Shown piece after piece: positions 54,344 through 60,551 of a stretch of 60,551 bases of DNA. Source of the DNA: Patescibacteria group bacterium (GTDB lineage Bacteria > Patescibacteriota > JAHJAL01). Under the pieces are notes generated by a model. It saw only the letters and a list, made by a program, of their open reading frames with translations. It had not been told where the DNA came from and did no database searches. Position 1 is the stretch's first letter. Each line of letters begins with the position of its first letter. A program made the translations under genes and the position numbers. The stretch spans positions 1 to 60,551 of the forward strand of contig JBAZOB010000003.1 of assembly GCA_041648895.1 (NCBI GenBank), written 5' to 3'.

Positions 54344-54436
54344 ACGGGAATTAAATTCCGGGCGTTTTTATTTCCACATTATTTCGAAAATAGTAAAATA
54401 GGACATAGATATAATTAATATCCATGGAGGTGGATC

Positions 54437-54655
54437 ATGACTAAAACAACGATTGATGATTTGTCAAAGATAATGAGCGATGAAGTATCGTTATTGGACG
54501 AGAGATTGACAAAATTGGAAGAGCGGATGCTGGTAATGGAGATGAATATGCGTGATCTGGGCCATTCCAATGAGGCGACGCAATATTTTTTGCGAACGGT
54601 GACTAGTGATGTAGTGGCCATCAAGCAGTATCAGAATATTAGTAATCGATATTAA
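54437..54655 (+). CDS. Small coiled-coil hypothetical protein
   Basis: 72 aa. GGAGGTG lies upstream of the ATG. The stop overlaps the start of the next RNHCP gene. Confidence 0.45.
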   Translation: MTKTTIDDLSKIMSDEVSLLDERLTKLEERMLVMEMNMRDLGHSNEATQYFLRTVTSDVVAIKQYQNISNRY

Positions 54656-54957
54656 TGCCAAATAAGAAATTTCAACGTTGCCAAGAAGATTTTACTTGCG
54701 ATAATTGCGGGAAAGAGGTGATCGGCAATGGTTACACCAACCATTGCCCATATTGTTTGTATAGCAAACATGTTGATATTAACCCGGGCGATCGAGCGGC
54801 GGAGTGTGGAGGGTTAATGTGCCCGGTGGGAGTAGAAATTAAACGAGGCCAATATATTGTGCGACATCGGTGCGCAAAATGTGGACATGAGAAACCAAAT
54901 CGGATTGATGAGGCGGATGATATGGAGGTGGTGATTGAAATTGCCCGACATCGTTAA
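54655..54957 (+). CDS. RNHCP domain protein (short paralog)
   Basis: CDNC...TNHCPYCLYSKHVD...CAKC. It aligns with 53734..54183 apart from a missing internal loop. Confidence 0.75.
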   Translation: MPNKKFQRCQEDFTCDNCGKEVIGNGYTNHCPYCLYSKHVDINPGDRAAECGGLMCPVGVEIKRGQYIVRHRCAKCGHEKPNRIDEADDMEVVIEIARHR

Positions 54958-55050
54958 ATGAGCCTGACATATGGATTAACTTTTTTTGTTTATTCATATC
55001 TGATAATATGAGGGAGAGGGAATTTATCAATATTTAGATAACGATTTATT

Positions 55051-56250
55051 ATGAAAAAATTATTAAGTTGGCTATTTTCGACGGTGTTATTATTTAATCT
55101 GTTTTTGCCGGTTTCCGCCTATGCCAAAGTGGATTTTCGTGGCGGTGAAGAGTTAAATCTGGCGAATGAAAATTTTCCCGACGATCTGATGGCGGCGGGA
55201 GCATTGTTGGATGGTGAGCTTGAGGTAGCGGGTGATACATATCTGGCTGGTAGTATGATTGATATATCGGGTAATTTTTCAGATGATTTAAATGTCGCTG
55301 GTAGTCAGGTGACTTTAGCTGGTCAAGCGGCTGATAATCTACGGGCGGCGGGAGCCGATGTCACAGTTGCCATGCAGATAGGTGGCAATGCCATGTTGGC
55401 CGGAGCCCAGGTTACTATCGATAAAAATACGGTAATTGATGGTGATCTATATGTGGCCGGAGCCAATGTGGTGTTAAATGGTCATGTTTTGGGCGATGTC
55501 TATGTGACTGGAGCGCGGGTAGTGTTGGATGGTCAGTTTGATGGCAATGTCAAGATTGACGCGGAAGAGGTGAGTTTGGGTGAACAAGCCAAGATTGCCG
55601 GTAATTTTGACTATACTTCAACTGAAGAATTGGATAACACTGTGACCGGGCAGGTCGGGGGAGCGATTCACTTTGCCAAATATCAACCGTCAGACGATCA
55701 AGTTATTGTTGATAGTTGGGGAGCAATGAGTTTGTTTAGTCGAGTCAGTAGTTTTATTGTCGGGTTAATTATGTTGTTGGTGGTGGGGTTAGTTTTAGTT
55801 TTAATCGCGCCCAAGTTTAGTGATCAAACCAATAATTATTTTATTAAACGGATGGGATGGAGTTTGTTACTGGGGATAGTGGTAATTATTGTCTGGTTTA
55901 CCGTGAGTGTATTTTTGTTATTTACTCTAATCGGTATTCCGCTGGCAATTATTTCTTTGGCTCTGTTTGGGGTGGTGATGTATCTAGCCAAAGTGCTGGC
56001 TGGTTTCTCCATTGGTTCGGTTTTGATCGGGCGGCAAAAAACTAGCTGGATAGTCATGCTTTCGGCTTTAGCGCTTGGGCTATTGGTTTATGAAATAATA
56101 GCGATTATTCCATTTATTGGCTGGATTTTTAATATGGTTTTTGTGGCCACCGCCGTGGGGGCAATGATGTGGTATTTATATGATTTACGTTTAGGTAATA
56201 AGGAATCCAAGCCAATCAAGGCGAATGCCGCAGCCGAAATTAAAAAATAA
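55051..56250 (+). CDS. Exported beta-helix repeat (bactofilin/polymer-forming-like) domain fused to a polytopic membrane domain
   Basis: Signal peptide. About 150 aa of repeats of the type L-A-G-x-x-V-x-(I/L)-x-G. Four or five C-terminal TM helices. Confidence 0.45.
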   Translation: MKKLLSWLFSTVLLFNLFLPVSAYAKVDFRGGEELNLANENFPDDLMAAGALLDGELEVAGDTYLAGSMIDISGNFSDDLNVAGSQVTLAGQAADNLRAAGADVTVAMQIGGNAMLAGAQVTIDKNTVIDGDLYVAGANVVLNGHVLGDVYVTGARVVLDGQFDGNVKIDAEEVSLGEQAKIAGNFDYTSTEELDNTVTGQVGGAIHFAKYQPSDDQVIVDSWGAMSLFSRVSSFIVGLIMLLVVGLVLVLIAPKFSDQTNNYFIKRMGWSLLLGIVVIIVWFTVSVFLLFTLIGIPLAIISLALFGVVMYLAKVLAGFSIGSVLIGRQKTSWIVMLSALALGLLVYEIIAIIPFIGWIFNMVFVATAVGAMMWYLYDLRLGNKESKPIKANAAAEIKK

Positions 56251-56281
56251 TGTAGGGGCGGGTTTTAAACCCGCCCGTACG
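56251..56281. repeat. GC-rich hairpin of the ggggcgggtt-N-aacccgcccc family
   Basis: tgtaggggcgggttttaaacccgcccgtacg lies immediately after the stop codon. It belongs to the same family as 9410..9440 and 42941..42970. Confidence 0.8.
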
Positions 56282-56323
56282 AATAAATAATAAATAAAAT
56301 TAAATAATTTGGAGGAAATAATA

Positions 56324-56641
56324 ATGGTAAAAATAATTGAGTTGGACAATAAAGAAGATTTTGATAGCACCATCAAAACCGGGACTACTTTAGTTGATTT
56401 TTACGCGCAGTGGTGTGGACCGTGTCAGGCGATGAAGCCGGTGGTTGATCGAGTTTCGGAAGAAATCGATGGAGTTAAATTTTTATCGGTTGATGTGGAT
56501 AAATTTTCCGATATTGCTCAGACTTATCAGGTCATGAGTATTCCGACTTTTGTGATTATTAAAGACAGTGAGGTCAAGTCGGTGAAAAATGGGGCGATGT
56601 CTGAAAGTGATTTTAAAACTTGGGTAGAAAAGAATAAATAA
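56324..56641 (+). CDS. trxA: Thioredoxin
   Basis: WCGPC active site. 105 aa. The start was moved to ATG 56324, with GGAGGA 8 nt upstream. Confidence 0.9.
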   Translation: MVKIIELDNKEDFDSTIKTGTTLVDFYAQWCGPCQAMKPVVDRVSEEIDGVKFLSVDVDKFSDIAQTYQVMSIPTFVIIKDSEVKSVKNGAMSESDFKTWVEKNK

Positions 56642-56646
56642 TTTTT

Positions 56647-57411
56647 ATGGCAGAAAAGAAACTAATTGTAGGTAATTGGAAAATGAATACTGACGTGGGA
56701 ACGGCTGAGGATTTGATAATGGATATTTCTGAGGGCCATATTGATGATTCGCTGGCGGAAGTGGTGATTTGTCCGCCGCATGTTTTTTTGGAACAACTGC
56801 ATTTAATTTTAGCCGACAATAAGGATAATCAGTTGAAACTGGGAGTACAAAATTTATCTTGGGAGGAGACAGGGGCGATTACGGGTGATATTTCAGTTTT
56901 AATGGTTAAAGATTGGGCACAATATGCAATTATTGGTCACAGTGAAAGACGGAAATATTTTGCGGAGACCAATGTTTTGATCAATAAAAAGATTAAATTG
57001 TGTTTGAAGTATAATTTGATACCGATTCTATGTGTGGGTGAAAGTCGTTTGTTGACTGGTGATGTGGTGGAATTGGGTCGGGATTTGAATGAGGGCCTGG
57101 TCGGTTTGACTCAGGATGAATTGAAGCGGGTAGTGGTAGCCTATGAGCCGATTTGGGCGATTGGAACGGGTAACCCGGCGACGCCGCACTATGCCAATAA
57201 AGTGATGGGTAATATTCGTAATTGGCTAAAGGATGAATTTGGTTTCGATGTGGCGGAAAATATTCGTATTCTATATGGCGGCAGTGTTGATGATAAAAAC
57301 GCGGGTGATTTTTTGCATGAAGAACATATTGACGGTTTATTGGTGGGCGGGGCGAGTTTGAAGGCTAAGACCTTTGTCAAAATAGTAAATTCGTGTAAAA
57401 TTAATAATTAG
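56647..57411 (+). CDS. tpiA: Triosephosphate isomerase
   Basis: VGNWKMN, IIGHSERR, AYEPIWAIGTG. Confidence 0.92.
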   Translation: MAEKKLIVGNWKMNTDVGTAEDLIMDISEGHIDDSLAEVVICPPHVFLEQLHLILADNKDNQLKLGVQNLSWEETGAITGDISVLMVKDWAQYAIIGHSERRKYFAETNVLINKKIKLCLKYNLIPILCVGESRLLTGDVVELGRDLNEGLVGLTQDELKRVVVAYEPIWAIGTGNPATPHYANKVMGNIRNWLKDEFGFDVAENIRILYGGSVDDKNAGDFLHEEHIDGLLVGGASLKAKTFVKIVNSCKINN

Positions 57412-57422
57412 GAATCGTTTAA

Positions 57423-57494
57423 GGCCCCTTCGTCTAGTGGTTAGGACGTGAGATTTTCAATCTTAAAACAGGAGTTCGATTCTCCTAGGGGCTA
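57423..57494 (+). tRNA. tRNA-Glu (anticodon UUC)
   Basis: Hand-folded: GGCCCCT acceptor, anticodon arm TGAGA-TTTTCAA-TCTTA, T-arm AGGAG-TTCGATT-CTCCT. Length 72 nt. Confidence 0.85.
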
Positions 57495-57504
57495 TTTTTT
57501 GGTT

Positions 57505-57873
57505 ATGAAAAAAAATATTTATAAAATATTAATGTTTCTTACGGCAACAACGGTTTTCTCTGGATGTTGGCTTTTGGATTTCAACGCTCGTCTAGCCTCG
57601 GATTTGATACCTGGTTTGGAACATAACAATGAAGTGTTGTTTACCGAGGCTAAGTCATTGTTTATGGAAAAGAGAAATACTTATTCCGGGGCGGAATGGG
57701 TTAAGGGTCCGTGTTTGGGTTGGTTGAATGATGAATGGGTGGTGGATATTTCGCATAGTCCCAGACAGCCGATTGATGATGATATTAATAATCAGTGTCA
57801 GCAATATTATAATGGCGAAGCTAAACATTTTATTGAGATCAGCCCGGAAGGGGAGATTTTAAATTATAAGTAA
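57505..57873 (+). CDS. Small lipoprotein, function unknown
   Basis: The start was moved to ATG 57505 because the ORF-track start lies inside the tRNA. The lipobox VFSGC follows MKKNIYKILMFLTATT. Confidence 0.55.
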   Translation: MKKNIYKILMFLTATTVFSGCWLLDFNARLASDLIPGLEHNNEVLFTEAKSLFMEKRNTYSGAEWVKGPCLGWLNDEWVVDISHSPRQPIDDDINNQCQQYYNGEAKHFIEISPEGEILNYK

Positions 57874-58062
57874 AATTACGAATGACGAATTACGGATATA
57901 ATTAGTCATATATCATTTATTTTAATTAATGGCAGCAAATGTATTGCCGGAGGTGTTATGGTGGATCTGTCTAATAATGGTAAGTTTTATGGCTAGCCAT
58001 ATAATTAAAATAAATGATATATGACTAATTATATCCGTAATTCGTCATTCGTAATTTTACTT
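57868..58062. repeat. Nested palindromic element, copy C (core 57907..58023)
   Basis: The outer arms aagtaaaattacgaatgacgaattacggatataattagt and its complement are perfect. They contain the stop codons of both convergent genes. Confidence 0.85.
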
Positions 58063-58533
58063 TTTGTCATAATAAATCTGTAAAGCGAACAGATATGTCG
58101 ATAACCGGTTCATAAACGGAATAATACTGCTATCATCTGGTTTTTGTTGGACGATCGATCGTTCAGCGCGACGGCAGATGGTACGAGTAATATTGATAAA
58201 AGTGGGGATTTCTTTGTGGCCGGGAATGAAAAATTGATTGTCATATGTAAACTTGCTATTTAGTAAGTTTATTTTTTGTTCCAGTTCGGTCAAAGTGACA
58301 TATTGCTCTTGGTGAGGGTAATTAGCCAAGCTGGCGGCAAATGTTTGTAATTGTTTTTGAATATTCGTGATGAATTCTTTATCTTCTTTGACAATGTATT
58401 TGACTAGACCAAGGTAGGCAATCAGCTCGTCAATATCACCGAGAGCATTGGTTAAACAATCACCTTTTTTTTGCCGATTATTTGCGAAGTCATTGGTATA
58501 GCCTGAATCACCGGGGTGGAGTTTTTTGCTCAT
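58057..58533 (-). CDS. PduO-type ATP:cob(I)alamin adenosyltransferase-like protein
   Basis: GDSGYT...NALGDIDELIAYLGLV N-terminal signature and a helical-bundle length of 158 aa. Confidence 0.7.
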   Translation of the reverse strand: MSKKLHPGDSGYTNDFANNRQKKGDCLTNALGDIDELIAYLGLVKYIVKEDKEFITNIQKQLQTFAASLANYPHQEQYVTLTELEQKINLLNSKFTYDNQFFIPGHKEIPTFINITRTICRRAERSIVQQKPDDSSIIPFMNRLSTYLFALQIYYDKK

Positions 58534-58592
58534 GATTGATGCTTAGTTTATTTTATTATATCATGGAGCTAGACTATATTTTGGAGAAATAA

Positions 58593-60434
58593 ATGAGCGG
58601 TCTTTTTGGCTATCTCGGACAGCGGCCATGCTTACCGATTTTGGTTCAGGGATTAAAGTTGATGCAGGGTTATAGTTTTGATTCGGGTGGTGTGTTGCTA
58701 AAAGGACCGGAAAAGTTTTTTGTGCGTAAAGTTTTAGGATCGCATGACGAATTAGAAAAAAGTGTTCTTGATTATAATGGCAATGAAGTGCTTGGTGGTG
58801 TGCATTTGCGGTGGGCGACTCATGGTGAGGTGGCCGAGAAGAATATTCATCCGGTTTTCAGTTGTGATGGCAAGGTCGCGGTAATGCACAAAGGTTTAAT
58901 ATCTAATTATAAACAGCTTAAGGAATTATTGCTGGCGGAAGGGCATGTTTTTAAAACTGATACTGATACTGAAGTAATTGCTCATCTGATTGAAAAGTAT
59001 TACCTTGGTGATCTGACGGTGGCGGTAAGAAGAGCATTATTGGAGGTAGATGGCACCTATGCATTATTGGTATTTTATATGGATGAATTAGTCGAAATGG
59101 TGATGGCCAATGCGGGGATGGGGACAATGATTGGTCTAGGTGACAGCGAGTATTGGGTGTCAATGAGTAAGCGAGTGATCTACCCTTTCACTGATCGGGT
59201 GGTTTATTTGAATGATGGTGAAATGGCCCATATTACGCCCAAGGGTTTTGTTACTTCAGTGATTGCTGGGGGTAGTATTAATGTGGTCAATAAATATATT
59301 GAAACTTTAAAAGAATCAACTAGTGGGATTGATGAATATTTTAACCGGATTGAGATGGAAATAGCCAACCAGCCGGAAATGGTACGCAATATTATTGCCG
59401 GGCGACTTGATTTTAAACAGGCTTCCACCCATTTTGGTGGTTTGAGTAGCTATGTTGATTTATTTCGAGAAGTTAAGCGACTTAATTTTATTGGCTCTGG
59501 TAGTTCATATTATGCGGCCTTGATGGCCAAGGTGATGATTGAAAATACTCTGCCAATTACCGTGGCTGCATATTCGGGTATGGATTTTGTGAATAAAAAG
59601 CATTATTTTAATGAAATGAAATCAGCTCTGTTTATAATTAGTCAATCTGGTCGAACTCCTGATACTTTGGCGGCGATGCGGGAAGCGAAACAGTTGGGTT
59701 TGCCGGTATTTGGTATTACCAATACGGTTGGAGGGGCGGTGGCTAGGAATACCGACGCAGGTATATTCCTTCATTCAGGACCAACATTGGGCATGCCATC
59801 AACCAAGTCATTTGTGTCACAATTGATTGCGATTGTGATGTTAACTATATATTTGGGTAGGTTGCTGGGAACAACACCCGGATTTGCCCTGGATGTTTTA
59901 CATGCTTTAGATAATCTGCCCAATAATTTATCGGCGGTAATCAATAATTCCCATGTTTATCGAAATTTAGTAAAACGTTATATAAATTACTCCGATTATG
60001 TCGTTGTTGGTAGTAAATTTGGTTATCCGATCGCTAAGGAAGTTGCACTTTTACTATGCGAGATTGCCAATATCAAAGCGGAGAGTCTGGATTATAGTGA
60101 GATAAAGTATGGCTTGATTAATCGAGTTAATCAGAATTCTTTGTTTTTGTTTATGTTGTCGCCCGACAAATATTTTTTTGATGAAGGAATTAAATTGGCG
60201 ATGGAAATTAAAAAAAGAGGGGGAAAAGTGGTCGGGATTACCAGTCAAACTGCCCAATTTTCGGCGGGGGTTTTTAGTGATTTAATTCAAGTTCCTGATA
60301 CTCACGCCATGATTTTACCGATATTGTTTTTAACTACTTTACAAATGTGGGCTTTTTATTTGGGTAAGGAAAGAAATCTTATTCCCGATCAGACTGATGA
60401 TCAAGTGTTACCGGAAGCGGGATATTATTGGTAA
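58593..60434 (+). CDS. GlmS-like protein (class II amidotransferase domain plus two SIS domains) with non-canonical active-site residues
   Basis: HLRWATHG, TDTDTEVIAHL, GSGSSYYA and SQSGRTPDT match the GlmS architecture. However, it starts MSGLFGY (Ser where the Cys nucleophile is expected), has HKG instead of HNG, and lacks the KSVTVE C-terminus. Confidence 0.65.
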   Translation: MSGLFGYLGQRPCLPILVQGLKLMQGYSFDSGGVLLKGPEKFFVRKVLGSHDELEKSVLDYNGNEVLGGVHLRWATHGEVAEKNIHPVFSCDGKVAVMHKGLISNYKQLKELLLAEGHVFKTDTDTEVIAHLIEKYYLGDLTVAVRRALLEVDGTYALLVFYMDELVEMVMANAGMGTMIGLGDSEYWVSMSKRVIYPFTDRVVYLNDGEMAHITPKGFVTSVIAGGSINVVNKYIETLKESTSGIDEYFNRIEMEIANQPEMVRNIIAGRLDFKQASTHFGGLSSYVDLFREVKRLNFIGSGSSYYAALMAKVMIENTLPITVAAYSGMDFVNKKHYFNEMKSALFIISQSGRTPDTLAAMREAKQLGLPVFGITNTVGGAVARNTDAGIFLHSGPTLGMPSTKSFVSQLIAIVMLTIYLGRLLGTTPGFALDVLHALDNLPNNLSAVINNSHVYRNLVKRYINYSDYVVVGSKFGYPIAKEVALLLCEIANIKAESLDYSEIKYGLINRVNQNSLFLFMLSPDKYFFDEGIKLAMEIKKRGGKVVGITSQTAQFSAGVFSDLIQVPDTHAMILPILFLTTLQMWAFYLGKERNLIPDQTDDQVLPEAGYYW

Positions 60435-60462
60435 TTTGTTTTTAGCTTGATATAATTTTTAT

Positions 60463-60551
60463 ATGATTAATAATTGGCAAATTTGGAGATATTTAGTGGT
60501 TTTGTTGTTGATTTTGGGAGCCTTCTATTTAGGTATGGCTTACACGACGGC
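60463..60551 (+). CDS. Start of a membrane protein (truncated by the window end)
   Basis: MINNWQIWRYLVVLLLILGAFYLGMAYTT... Only 29 codons are visible. Confidence 0.3.
   Translation, partial: MINNWQIWRYLVVLLLILGAFYLGMAYTT

Noticed and set aside
58534-58592. glmS ribozyme upstream of the GlmS-like gene
   Set aside because: Only 59 nt separate the divergent starts, which is too short for the ribozyme, and no conserved core sequence is visible.

Overview
This 60.5 kb window looks like a small-genome, moderately AT-rich bacterium. Gene content and style suggest Patescibacteria/CPR, but that is inference only. The housekeeping backbone includes PBP1A, tyrS, argS, mutM, an M24 peptidase, an M50 protease, rpmB, holB, a PSP1/RicT-like gene, rpmG, trxA, tpiA, a PduO-type adenosyltransferase, a GlmS-like protein and 6 tRNAs. 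Four accessory blocks interrupt it. (1) 11.5-18.1 kb is an AT-richer integrated element at the 3' end of tRNA-Pro. It is bounded by a 10-bp direct repeat and has a large serine recombinase whose ORF crosses the junction. It also carries a TerS-like gene and adjacent PIN and HEPN-like nuclease genes. (2) 24-33 kb encodes six exported or Cys-rich proteins, followed by a REP-flanked RAYT-like transposase. (3) 33.8-46.6 kb is a complete secretin-less type IV pilus locus (pilMNO, pilB, pilT, pilC, pilin, pilD, four pseudopilins) containing many MITE-like elements. (4) 49.7-53.6 kb is the best candidate for a novel system. It holds a radical SAM/SPASM enzyme followed by two unannotated tandem mini-ORFs ending in W-x-K-C. 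Upstream are a split ABC-F ATPase and an MccF-like S66 peptidase, so this may be a RiPP locus. Nearly every intergenic region is a long palindrome. One striking family has three copies: a conserved ~117-nt core nested inside copy-specific perfect stems.
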